Shown here: one piece after another, positions 16,903 through 25,684 of the stretch | Position numbering within the stretch: position 1 is the first letter of the stretch | Layout of the letters: each line of letters begins with the position of its first letter | Assembly: GCA_000438075.1 (NCBI GenBank) | Contig: FR903525.1 | Coordinates: forward strand, 1-32,000 | Source of the DNA: Clostridium sp. CAG:609 | GTDB lineage: Bacteria > Bacillota_I > Bacilli_A > RF39 > UBA660 | Direction: 5' to 3' | Length of the DNA: 32,000 nt | Position numbers and translations under genes: made by a program | The notes under the pieces: model-generated | The model's input: only the letters and a program-made list of their open reading frames with translations | What the model was told of the DNA's origin: nothing | Databases searched by the model: none

Positions 16903-18030
16903 TTAAATTTTATCTTTTTTAATTTTTATAGTTATTATATATTCTGTTGGTAAGTTCATCTCTTCCATAGTAACTTTATTTGAATCAAAGTTAAGTCCAC
17001 GAACTGTTTTAATAACAGTATCTAAGTATTCATTTTGAACTGGAATATTAGAATTTGTTTCAGGAATAAAGAAATCATCAAGCATTTCAATATTTTCTGT
17101 GTTATTAATTAAATTTTCTTGAGCTTTAACCTCAGGTGTTTTTGATGTAACGATTGGTGTAATTTCTTCGGTATTCATATTTGCTGCGGAATCTTCTAGA
17201 AAGTTAAAGAACTTGTTAGGCATCTTTTCAGGATTTGAAAAGAATGTATCTGGTGTAACTACCTTTTGTTCTTTTTTATCATCAATAGTTAGTTGTTCTA
17301 TTTGTTCTGGTTTATTTAAGCTATTTATGTCAATAGCATTATTAACAACATTATTTATATTAGGCATATTATTTATAATAGGTACTTCTTCTTGTTCCAT
17401 ATTAACCTCGCTATTTTCTATATTTTTTATTTCATCTTCAAGTTGTTTAACTGTAAGACGTTCATTAATAATTTTATTTAATAACACTTTTTGAGTTTCA
17501 TGATTTGATACTTTTAGTAAAGTTCTGGCATGTCTTTCAGAGATTTTTCCTTCTAAAATAGCATTTTGAACAGATTCATCTAATGTTAATAAACGTAGTT
17601 TATTTGAAATTGCTGATTGAGATAATCCCATTTTTCTAGCTAATTCTTCTTGAGTCATGTAACCTTTGTCTAAGAGTGCTTGATATGATTTAGCTTCTTC
17701 GATTGCTGTTAGATCTTTTCTTTGAATGTTTTCAACAATTGCAACTTCTGCAGAAGCATTATCATCTAAGTTAGATATTATTGCTGGAACTGATGCAAGA
17801 CCTGCTAGTTTTGCTGCTTTATATCTTCTTTCTCCGGCGATAATTTCATACTTATCGTTTTTTCTTCTTAATACAAGAGGTTGAATAATTCCATGTTGCT
17901 TAATTGATGAAGCTAAGTCTTGTAGTGATGCATCATCAAAAGCTAATCGTGGTTGAAAACGATTAGGAATTATGTCCTCGATAGGAACTTGTAATATAGT
18001 ATTTTCAATTTTATTATTCACATATATCAA
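16903..18030 (-). CDS. noc: ParB-family nucleoid occlusion protein (Noc-like) with a long low-complexity insert
   Basis: PNRFQPR, IIQPLVLRR...YEIIAGERRYKAAKLAG, the HTH segment TQEELARKMGLSQSAISNKLRLL, ISERHARTLL, and a C-terminal ...EYIITIKIKK. These resemble recalled B. subtilis Noc segments (ITERHARALI; EYIQLTIRIPK). The gene sits next to rsmG, as noc does. Confidence 0.75.
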   Translation of the reverse strand: MIYVNNKIENTILQVPIEDIIPNRFQPRLAFDDASLQDLASSIKQHGIIQPLVLRRKNDKYEIIAGERRYKAAKLAGLASVPAIISNLDDNASAEVAIVENIQRKDLTAIEEAKSYQALLDKGYMTQEELARKMGLSQSAISNKLRLLTLDESVQNAILEGKISERHARTLLKVSNHETQKVLLNKIINERLTVKQLEDEIKNIENSEVNMEQEEVPIINNMPNINNVVNNAIDINSLNKPEQIEQLTIDDKKEQKVVTPDTFFSNPEKMPNKFFNFLEDSAANMNTEEITPIVTSKTPEVKAQENLINNTENIEMLDDFFIPETNSNIPVQNEYLDTVIKTVRGLNFDSNKVTMEEMNLPTEYIITIKIKKDKI

Positions 18031-18053
18031 CCCTTATCATATATAATCATACC

Positions 18054-18773
18054 TTATTTAAGTTTTTTTTGCAATGGCTTTTTTATAATTTTTTCATATG
18101 GTCTTACATCTTTACTTAAAGTTTTATTTATTTTCTTTATTTTAATAATGTTTCTCATTCCTGTATCATTGTAAAGTTCGAAACTTTCTACTTTTTCTAT
18201 TTTACCATTCATTTTTTCAATTGCATATTCTGCAAGAGTTATTTCTTCTTTGTTGCTTCCCTTTAAAGCTATAAAAAATTTATCTTTTTTTACCAAAGGC
18301 ATAGCTAGTTCAGTTAAAATAGTCATATTTGTTACTGCTCTAGCTGTTACAACATCATAGTAGTTTAATCTTTCTTTTGTAAGAGTTTCTACTCTGATGT
18401 TGATAACTTCGACGTTATCAACATTTATTTTTTTTACGAGTTCTTTTAAAAATGTTGTTTTTTTATTGTTGGAATCTAACAAAGTTACTTTTAAATTTGG
18501 ATAAAATATTTTTAAGACCATTCCTGGAAAACCTGCACCTGAACCAATATCAAGTAGATTATCACAAGTATTTAAATCTATTACTTTTGTTAAAGTTAAG
18601 CTATCATAAAAATGTTTTAAATATATTTCATCTATTGTTTTTATAGCAGTTAAATTAGTATGAGCGTTATATTCCATTAAAAATGATGCATAAATACTTA
18701 GTTTGTCAAGTTGTTCTTTATTTACATCAATACCAAGTAACTTTGTATTATTTATAAATTCATCTATTGTCAT
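18054..18773 (-). CDS. rsmG: 16S rRNA (guanine527-N7)-methyltransferase
   Basis: DIGSGAGFPG SAM motif, about 239 aa, downstream of mnmG. The start at either ATG 18773 or 18782 overlaps the end of mnmG. Confidence 0.9.
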   Translation of the reverse strand: MTIDEFINNTKLLGIDVNKEQLDKLSIYASFLMEYNAHTNLTAIKTIDEIYLKHFYDSLTLTKVIDLNTCDNLLDIGSGAGFPGMVLKIFYPNLKVTLLDSNNKKTTFLKELVKKINVDNVEVINIRVETLTKERLNYYDVVTARAVTNMTILTELAMPLVKKDKFFIALKGSNKEEITLAEYAIEKMNGKIEKVESFELYNDTGMRNIIKIKKINKTLSKDVRPYEKIIKKPLQKKLK

Positions 18774-20628
18774 TTTTACCATACTCTTTCTTTAAATAAA
18801 CAGTTAATACGGAAATATCAACTGGATTTACTCCGCTGATTCGAGATGCTTGAGCTATTGTTTTTGGTCTAATATTTGATAATTTTTGTTTTGCTTCACT
18901 TGCTAAGTTTGTTACTAAGTCATAATTTATATCATCTGGTATTTGTTTTTCTTCCATACGTTCAAGCTTTTCAACTTCTTTTAAAGCTTTGTTAATATAT
19001 CCTTGATACTTTGCATTTATTTCAACTTGTTCAATCACTAAGGGATTATAATTTATTTCAATGAAATTTTTAATGAACTCCATATTTATTTCTGGTCTTT
19101 TTAATAAGTCATAAAAAGATAAACCTGTTAGTGGAACATTTAAGTTATTTGTAACAAATATATTTTTTACTTCTTCACTTAAATGAAGAGTATTATCTTT
19201 TAAATAGTTTGTTAAGTTCTTTATTGCTTCTTCTTTTTCTAATAATTTTTTATATTGTTCATCAGTAATTGTACCAACCTCTTTAGCATAATGTCTAAGT
19301 CTTAAATCTGCATTATCATGTCTTAATATAAGGCGAAACTCTGCACGTGATGTTAGCATACGGTATGGTTCAATTGTGCCTTTTGTTACTAAGTCATCAA
19401 TTAAAACACCGATATATGCATCACTTCTTTTTAATACTAATGGTTCTTTATTATCAATTTTTAAAGATGCATTTATACCTGCCATAATTCCTTGACCTGC
19501 AGCTTCTTCATAACCACTTGTTCCATTAATTTGTCCCGCAGTAAATAAATTTTCTAATATTTTATTTTCTAGACTTGGTTTTATTTGTAATGGATCTATT
19601 GCATCATATTCAATTGCATAAGCATATTTACTTATTACAGCATTTTCTAATCCATGAAGACTATGAACCATTTTTTCTTGAACATCTTCAGGCATACTTG
19701 TTGAAAAACCTTGTAAGTACCAATCATCATAATAAAGACTTTCAGGTTCTAAGAATAATTGATGTCTTTCTTTATCTTTAAATCTCACAATTTTATCTTC
19801 GATTGATGGGCAATATCTTGGACCAACTCCGGTTGCATATCCACCATACATTGCTGATTTAGTTAAATTATCTCTGATTATTTGATGAGTATTTTCATTT
19901 GTATATAAAAGGTAACATGATTTTTGGTCTTCGATTTTATAAGATGGTTCATCATCATAAGAAAAAGTCCAGAAAGTGTTATCTCCCTTTTCTTCTTCCA
20001 TCACAGAAAAATCTATTGAATCTTTTTTAATTCTTTGAGGTGTACCTGTTTTTAATCTAATTATTTTTAAACCATAATCTTTTAACTTTGTTGATAAATA
20101 GTTACTTCTTTTTTCACCATGAGGTCCACCCGGAGTATTTTTACTACCCACTAAAATATTACCACATAAATATGTACCTGTTGTTAAAATAACAGCTTTT
20201 CCTTTAATTTTTTCTCCATTTTCAAGTATTACACCTTTAACTTTGTTATTATCTACAATTAAATCTTCAACTAATGATTCTTTTATTGTTAAGTTAGGCA
20301 TATTAAGTAATATTTCTTGCATCTTTTTTGGATATGTAACTTTATCTGCTTGAGCTCTTAAACTTCTTACTGCAGGTCCTTTTGAATTATTTAACATCTT
20401 TATTTGTAAGTGAGTTTTATCTGCTACTTTACCCATTAATCCTCCTAGGGCATCAACTTCTCTTACAATTATACCTTTTGCTGTTCCACCTATAGATGGA
20501 TTACATGGCATATCTCCGATATTATTAATATTTCCTGTTACTAATAATGTTTTTTTACCTAATTTTGCAGCGATGTGACTTGCTTCAATTCCGGCATGTC
20601 CACCACCTACTACTATAACATCATACAT
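18760..20628 (-). CDS. mnmG: tRNA uridine 5-carboxymethylaminomethyl modification enzyme MnmG
   Basis: MYDVIVVGGGHAGIEA FAD-binding motif, about 622 aa. Start ATG 20628 lies behind GTGAGGA; the track ORF extends to 20652. Confidence 0.95.
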   Translation of the reverse strand: MYDVIVVGGGHAGIEASHIAAKLGKKTLLVTGNINNIGDMPCNPSIGGTAKGIIVREVDALGGLMGKVADKTHLQIKMLNNSKGPAVRSLRAQADKVTYPKKMQEILLNMPNLTIKESLVEDLIVDNNKVKGVILENGEKIKGKAVILTTGTYLCGNILVGSKNTPGGPHGEKRSNYLSTKLKDYGLKIIRLKTGTPQRIKKDSIDFSVMEEEKGDNTFWTFSYDDEPSYKIEDQKSCYLLYTNENTHQIIRDNLTKSAMYGGYATGVGPRYCPSIEDKIVRFKDKERHQLFLEPESLYYDDWYLQGFSTSMPEDVQEKMVHSLHGLENAVISKYAYAIEYDAIDPLQIKPSLENKILENLFTAGQINGTSGYEEAAGQGIMAGINASLKIDNKEPLVLKRSDAYIGVLIDDLVTKGTIEPYRMLTSRAEFRLILRHDNADLRLRHYAKEVGTITDEQYKKLLEKEEAIKNLTNYLKDNTLHLSEEVKNIFVTNNLNVPLTGLSFYDLLKRPEINMEFIKNFIEINYNPLVIEQVEINAKYQGYINKALKEVEKLERMEEKQIPDDINYDLVTNLASEAKQKLSNIRPKTIAQASRISGVNPVDISVLTVYLKKEYGKNDNR

Positions 20629-20636
20629 ATTAATCC

Positions 20637-21980
20637 TCACTTTCCTAGACAAAAATTACTAAATATTTTATCTACTAATTCATCTTTATAACTCATTCCC
20701 ATTATTTCGCCAAGATAATCCCAAGCATTTTTTAAATCGATTTCAACAACATCAACTGGAAAACCTGCATTTAAATTATCTTGTGCACTTTTTAAAGAAT
20801 CACTAGCTTTATTAACTAAATCTATTTCTCTGACATTCGATAAATAACTCATATCTTTATTTATTACATTTTTTAAATTCAATTTATCTGATATTTTATT
20901 TTTTAATTCATCTAAACCATTTAATTCAATTGTATTACCGTATATTACATCTTTGATATAATTAGGTACAATTAATTTCTTTTCTAAATCTGTTTTATTT
21001 ATGAAAAGTATTAGTTTATCTGAATTATATTTATTTAACATAACTTCTTCTTCATTAGTTAATTCTTCATTGTTATTTAAAACAAATAATATTATGTCAG
21101 AATTATCTGCAGTTTTTTCACTTTTTTCTACTCCGATTTGTTCTACTAAATCATCTGTTTTTCTTATACCTGCAGTATCTATTAAATTAATTGCAACGCC
21201 ATCTATGGTAATTGTTCCTTCGACGATATCTCTCGTTGTACCTGGAATATTCGTAACTATTGCTTTATCTTCATCTAATAAACTATTTAATATGCTACTT
21301 TTACCTACATTTGGTTTACCAATAATTGCAACATTTACGCCTTCTTTAATAAGTCTTCCATTTTTGGCACCATTTACTAGGGAATCTAAATCTTTTTTTA
21401 TGTCTGTTAGGTAATCATGCATTAATTCATTTGTTACATCTAATTCATCAGTATATTCTGGATAATCAATATTTACTTCGATGTTTGCAAGTATCTTTGC
21501 TATTTTTTCTCTTAGGTTAGATATTTTTTTACTTAACTTTCCATCTACATTATTAATTGCTAGTTTTCTAGCTGCATCAGTTTTTGCTGTTATTAAGTCG
21601 TTTACTGATTCTGCTTCAAGAAGATTTATTCTTCCATTTAAATAAGCTCTTTTTGTAAATTCACCAGGTTCAGCAAGTCTTGCACCTTTTTTTAGAAGTA
21701 ACTCTAACACTTTATTAGTGGTTGTTATTCCTCCATGACAATTTATTTCTACGATATCTTCTGTTGTATATGTTCTTGGACACTTCATAACCATAACAAG
21801 AACTTCATCTATTACTTCATCTTCATCTTTAATGTGTCCATAATATATTTTGTGTGATTCTTCTGTTATTTTTTCAGTAAAAATACCACTTACTATACTT
21901 ATAGAATCTGCACCACTTAAACGAACAATGGATATTGCACCATTTATAGCCGTTGATATTGCACATATTGTATCATCCAT
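20637..21980 (-). CDS. mnmE: tRNA modification GTPase MnmE
   Basis: 447 aa. G1 GKPNVGKSS, G3 DTAGIR, G4 NKTD, and the C-terminal FCLGK. Confidence 0.95.
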   Translation of the reverse strand: MDDTICAISTAINGAISIVRLSGADSISIVSGIFTEKITEESHKIYYGHIKDEDEVIDEVLVMVMKCPRTYTTEDIVEINCHGGITTTNKVLELLLKKGARLAEPGEFTKRAYLNGRINLLEAESVNDLITAKTDAARKLAINNVDGKLSKKISNLREKIAKILANIEVNIDYPEYTDELDVTNELMHDYLTDIKKDLDSLVNGAKNGRLIKEGVNVAIIGKPNVGKSSILNSLLDEDKAIVTNIPGTTRDIVEGTITIDGVAINLIDTAGIRKTDDLVEQIGVEKSEKTADNSDIILFVLNNNEELTNEEEVMLNKYNSDKLILFINKTDLEKKLIVPNYIKDVIYGNTIELNGLDELKNKISDKLNLKNVINKDMSYLSNVREIDLVNKASDSLKSAQDNLNAGFPVDVVEIDLKNAWDYLGEIMGMSYKDELVDKIFSNFCLGK

Positions 21981-22061
21981 AAAAAATACTCCCTTTCATC
22001 GGAAGTATTATAACATACATTTGATTAAATATAAAGGGTATTTTGGGCGACATTTTTGTGC

Positions 22062-22090
22062 TAAAAAAATAAGTTCATAACAAACTTATT
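22062..22090 (-). terminator. AT-rich hairpin plus U-run after the XRE gene
   Basis: aataagtt-cataaca-aacttatt (8-bp stem, overlapping the stop codon), followed on the minus strand by TTTTTTT. Confidence 0.4.
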
Positions 22091-22421
22091 AATTTTTAAC
22101 TTTATCCTTTAAAGATTCTGCATAACCTATGAGTTTTAATTGATCTTCACTTTTCATATAAATAAACATATCAATTAATTCTTGTTCTTTAGGATTTAAT
22201 GTTTTATTCATATATTTTATCGGTGTATCATCAGTTGTTAAACCTAGTAAATAATCAGTACTTGTTTCTAAATAATTAGCTAAATCTATTAAAGTTGTTG
22301 CTTTAGGATAACTTTGACCTGATTCATACATGCTTATGGCTTCTTGAGTAACTCCGATGCTGATAGCTACATTTAATTGACTTTTGTTTCTCTTTTCTCT
22401 GATAATTCTTAAATTTTCCAT
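22089..22421 (-). CDS. XRE-family helix-turn-helix transcriptional regulator
   Basis: 110 aa. SQLNVAISIGVTQEAISMYESGQSYPKATTLIDLANYLETSTDYLLGL is a classic Cro/C1-type HTH. Confidence 0.8.
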   Translation of the reverse strand: MENLRIIREKRNKSQLNVAISIGVTQEAISMYESGQSYPKATTLIDLANYLETSTDYLLGLTTDDTPIKYMNKTLNPKEQELIDMFIYMKSEDQLKLIGYAESLKDKVKN

Positions 22422-22532
22422 AGATTATTCCTTCCATAAATAATTTTACAATAATAATTTATATTTTAAATAAGTATTTCTTATATTAGAAACAATCTAC
22501 ACTTATATTTAGTATAACTTGTATTTATTTTG

Positions 22533-22559
22533 CAAAAAAAATTGCCTCTTTATAGAGGC
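22533..22559 (-). terminator. rho-independent terminator of jag
   Basis: Minus strand reads gcctct-ataa-agaggc followed by aattttttttg. The hairpin overlaps the jag stop codon. Confidence 0.65.
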
Positions 22560-23155
22560 TTAATAACAACGTGTCTATTTGGCTCTTCGCCTTCGCTTTC
22601 TGTTTTAACTCCTTTAAAGTCTGTTAATATATTGTGTATAATTCTTCTTTCATATGACGTCATATTATCTAGAGAAACAGGCATTTTTGTTTCTACGACT
22701 TCTTTAGCAGTTTTCTTAGCTAACCATTCTAATCTTTTTTGATTCTTTTCTTTATAGTTTGACACATCTAAATTAAATTTATAATATATTCCTGTTACAT
22801 TTTGAATATATTGTTTTGCTATAGTTTCAATAGCTTTAAGTGTTGCTCCTTCACGACCAATTAGAATCTTATCTTTATTTGAGAATAATCTAATTGTTAA
22901 TCTGTCATCTTTGTTGGTAACTTCGATTGTTACTTCAAGTCCCATGTTTTCAACAAGTTTTCTTATAAATTCTTTTAATTCATTGTTAATATCACTTTTT
23001 AAGAAAGCTGTTACTTCATAGATTGTTCCTTGAAATAATTTACCTTTTTTTACTGTTGATGTATAAAGAAATTCTTCTTTGGAAAGATTATTTTCTTCCA
23101 TTAATTTCTTTATTGCTTCTTCAACAGTTTTTCCTTCTTTAGTTAGTTTTTCCAT
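22550..23155 (-). CDS. jag: RNA-binding protein Jag/KhpB (Jag_N-KH-R3H)
   Basis: 201 aa. LIGREGATLKAIE (KH-like) and SYERRIIHNIL (R3H). Overlaps the end of yidC, the conserved position. Confidence 0.88.
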   Translation of the reverse strand: MEKLTKEGKTVEEAIKKLMEENNLSKEEFLYTSTVKKGKLFQGTIYEVTAFLKSDINNELKEFIRKLVENMGLEVTIEVTNKDDRLTIRLFSNKDKILIGREGATLKAIETIAKQYIQNVTGIYYKFNLDVSNYKEKNQKRLEWLAKKTAKEVVETKMPVSLDNMTSYERRIIHNILTDFKGVKTESEGEEPNRHVVIKPL

Positions 23156-24179
23156 ACTTCATACCTTCTTTCTTAACTAATTTATCTTTAATTTTATCTT
23201 TTTTATTTGTTTTATCCTTTTTATTAGTTAAGTCTTTGTTATTTACTAAATTAATTATTATGTTTTGAACAGCGATGAATGCATATGTTACAATCCAGTA
23301 GAATGCTAATGCAGTTGGAAGGGTCATTGATGCATAAGTTATAACAAATAACATAACATATAACATAATTTTCATTTGTTTTGCGGCTTCAGGTGATTGA
23401 GTTCCAGCCTGAGACATTGTTTGTTTGAATGAATAATATGTTGATACGGCAATTAATAATAGTAATAATAAATATAGATAGTTACCAGATTTAATGCCAA
23501 CAAGTGGTGTCATACCTAGGTTATATGTAAGAAGTGTTTCTTCATATATTGTTGGTGTTCTATAAATTGCTTGTAAGAAAGCAAAGAATAATGGAAGTTG
23601 AATGAATGACATTAAGCAACCTACCATTGGGTTTACTTTATACTTTTTATATACAAGAATTGTTTCTTGACTTTTTGCCATTAATGATTCATTATCTGTT
23701 CTATTGCGATATTTTCTTTCTATTTTTTCTATTTCAGGTTGAGCTTTTTTCATATTCATTGTTTGTTTTGTACTTTTAATTGTAAATGGCAACAAAATGA
23801 TACGTATTGCTAAACCAATTAATATTAAAGAAATACCTAGATTACCAACTAACTTGCCTAATGCAAGGATAAGGAATGCTAGTGGTTTTACAAATAGAAA
23901 TTCCCATAGACCAGATGATTCGTTTGAATTAACTTTAAAACTATCACAAGATGGAAGTTCGTCAAAATCAACATTTAATTGGTCTTTATATTCTTTATAT
24001 ATGTTATATAGTTCACCATCTTTTTCAGGTAAACATACGATATCTTTTTCAAGCATTTGACCTGTTTCTTCATATGTTACTATTTTGTTGTCTTTATCTT
24101 TAATGTATTTGTTACTACCACATCCACTAGTTAATAACAATACACTTATTAGTGTTATGATCATTAATTTATTTTTCAT
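23139..24179 (-). CDS. yidC: membrane protein insertase YidC/OxaA (lipoprotein type)
   Basis: Lipobox LLLTSGCGS, multiple transmembrane segments, PLxxKSxxxMxxMxxxQPE-like segment (LPFTIKSTKQTMNMKKAQPE), and a basic C-terminal tail. Confidence 0.9.
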   Translation of the reverse strand: MKNKLMIITLISVLLLTSGCGSNKYIKDKDNKIVTYEETGQMLEKDIVCLPEKDGELYNIYKEYKDQLNVDFDELPSCDSFKVNSNESSGLWEFLFVKPLAFLILALGKLVGNLGISLILIGLAIRIILLPFTIKSTKQTMNMKKAQPEIEKIERKYRNRTDNESLMAKSQETILVYKKYKVNPMVGCLMSFIQLPLFFAFLQAIYRTPTIYEETLLTYNLGMTPLVGIKSGNYLYLLLLLLIAVSTYYSFKQTMSQAGTQSPEAAKQMKIMLYVMLFVITYASMTLPTALAFYWIVTYAFIAVQNIIINLVNNKDLTNKKDKTNKKDKIKDKLVKKEGMKYGKTN

Positions 24180-24504
24180 GATTTTCCTTTCTTAATGCTT
24201 TTACTAAATCATTTTGTAAATCATTATATGAAGCATTATTTGCTTCCCTTTTAATCATTATAATATAATTACGATTATTTTTAAAGAGAAATCTGTTATT
24301 ATCTACAATATTTCTAAATTGTCGTTTAAATTTGTTTCTTACAACAGCATTTCCTAACCTTTTACCTACGGCAATACCAAAGTTAGGCTTTATAAATTCT
24401 TTTTCTTTATAAAATACTATTGAATATTTTCCTTTAAGTTTGTTTCCACTATTAATTATCTCATGGAAGTCTTCATGAGATTTAACCATTTCATATCTTT
24501 TCAT
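24169..24504 (-). CDS. rnpA: ribonuclease P protein component
   Basis: 111 aa. GIAVGKRLGNAVVRNKFKRQFR (RNR motif region). Lies downstream of rpmH. Confidence 0.92.
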   Translation of the reverse strand: MKRYEMVKSHEDFHEIINSGNKLKGKYSIVFYKEKEFIKPNFGIAVGKRLGNAVVRNKFKRQFRNIVDNNRFLFKNNRNYIIMIKREANNASYNDLQNDLVKALRKENHEK

Positions 24505-24519
24505 AATACGTAGTTTAGG

Positions 24520-24546
24520 AAAAAAACCACATTAAAGTGGTTTTTA
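24520..24546 (-). terminator. hairpin/attenuator between rpmH and rnpA
   Basis: aaaaaccac-attaaa-gtggttttt overlaps the rpmH stop codon, with a U-run on the minus strand. Confidence 0.5.
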
Positions 24547-24666
24547 TTTACATAAAACTTTGCGTCCTTTTCTACGACGATTATTTAGAATATCAGTGTT
24601 TTTACGAGCAAAAAATCCATGTTTTTTAGCTGCTTTTCTTTTATTTGGTTGATATGTTCTTTTCAT
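24544..24666 (-). CDS. rpmH: 50S ribosomal protein L34 (40 aa; absent from the supplied ORF track)
   Basis: Hand translation of the minus strand gives [60 protein letters not shown]. Confidence 0.9.
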   Translation of the reverse strand: MKRTYQPNKRKAAKKHGFFARKNTDILNNRRRKGRKVLCK

Positions 24667-24700
24667 AATATAATTTCTCCTTTTCTTTAATAGCGTTATT

Positions 24701-24730
24701 ATTATAATATTAAAATGAGTAATAAGTCAA
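24701..24730 (-). promoter_or_regulatory. sigma-A-like promoter of rpmH
   Basis: Minus strand: TTGACT (24730..24725), an 18-nt spacer, then TATAAT (24706..24701). Confidence 0.5.
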
Positions 24731-24930
24731 GAAAAATCGGTATAAATCAGAACAATTGTGTAAATAATTTTGTTTTTACCGATGTTTTCTAAGTTATATT
24801 TATAATTTTTTTGCTTTTAAGTATGATGTATATAATGATTTTTCATACATTTTCTCCTTATCATTATATTTTTATTATACATTATATTAGTTTTATCTGC
24901 AATTTTAATGTGTAAAATTTGCAGTTTAAC

Positions 24931-25542
24931 TTAATTTATCGTTTCAGTTATAATGATATTAGGTCTTTTGTAAATACGCATACGTTGTTTATTTGTTCTT
25001 TTTAAAGTTACCTCTTCTAAATCTTCTTCAGAAATATGATAATCTTGATATAATCTATTTACTAATTCTGAAGTTATAATTGATTCTTTCTCTGTTTTTG
25101 AAAGATTAGATCTATTTGTATTTACTGGAATATCTTTTCTAAATAAATTAATAGCTATTTTATTTTCATCTGGGTAATTGTAGTTTAATTCTAGGAGTGG
25201 ATATTCAAAATATGTTTTAGAATTTAAATAAATTCCATTTATAAATAATGTTTCATAGTATGCTCTGGTATTTGATTTTTCTGTGTATTTTAAGCTTGGT
25301 AAAACATCTAGTGAACGAATTATATTCATGATACGATGATAAATATTATATAATGCAACATTATAATATAGTGATGTATCTGAAATTTTATCAATATCAC
25401 TTTTAGAAAGATATTCTTCCACTACTGAAAACTCAAGTTCAATTAATGAATTTAAGTAATCATATATTTCCTTAGATAAAGTATTTTTGTGGGTCTCTAG
25501 TAGACATTTTAAACTTGCTTTTGTATTAAATAATGAATTCAT
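24931..25542 (-). CDS. hypothetical protein (203 aa)
   Basis: Long ORF with a GGAGGGAG RBS (ccctcc at 25551-25556 on the plus strand). No recognisable motif. Confidence 0.55.
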   Translation of the reverse strand: MNSLFNTKASLKCLLETHKNTLSKEIYDYLNSLIELEFSVVEEYLSKSDIDKISDTSLYYNVALYNIYHRIMNIIRSLDVLPSLKYTEKSNTRAYYETLFINGIYLNSKTYFEYPLLELNYNYPDENKIAINLFRKDIPVNTNRSNLSKTEKESIITSELVNRLYQDYHISEEDLEEVTLKRTNKQRMRIYKRPNIIITETIN

Positions 25543-25684
25543 AACAAAACTCCCTCCGATTTAAGTATATTTTACCATGTTTTTGTGAGAAATTAAACTT
25601 ATTTTACGTAAAATATATTTTAAAAAGATATTTTTTGTTGCCTATAAATATTTTATGTGCTATGTTGGTATTGGAGGGATAGTT

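Noticed and set aside
20629-20652. N-terminal extensions given by the ORF track (mnmG MSRKVRIN..., also the SGNH, zinc-ribbon, repeat-protein, dnaA and ATPase ORFs)
   Set aside because: In each case an internal start codon has a properly spaced Shine-Dalgarno sequence and matches the conserved family N-terminus, whereas the upstream start lacks an RBS or sits within it.
17213-24060. Plus-strand ORFs 17213..17494, 18452..18646, 19575..19781, 21001..21414, 21850..22080, 22530..22742 and 23797..24060
   Set aside because: They are shadow ORFs opposite noc, rsmG, mnmG, mnmE, jag and yidC. None has an RBS or a recognisable domain.
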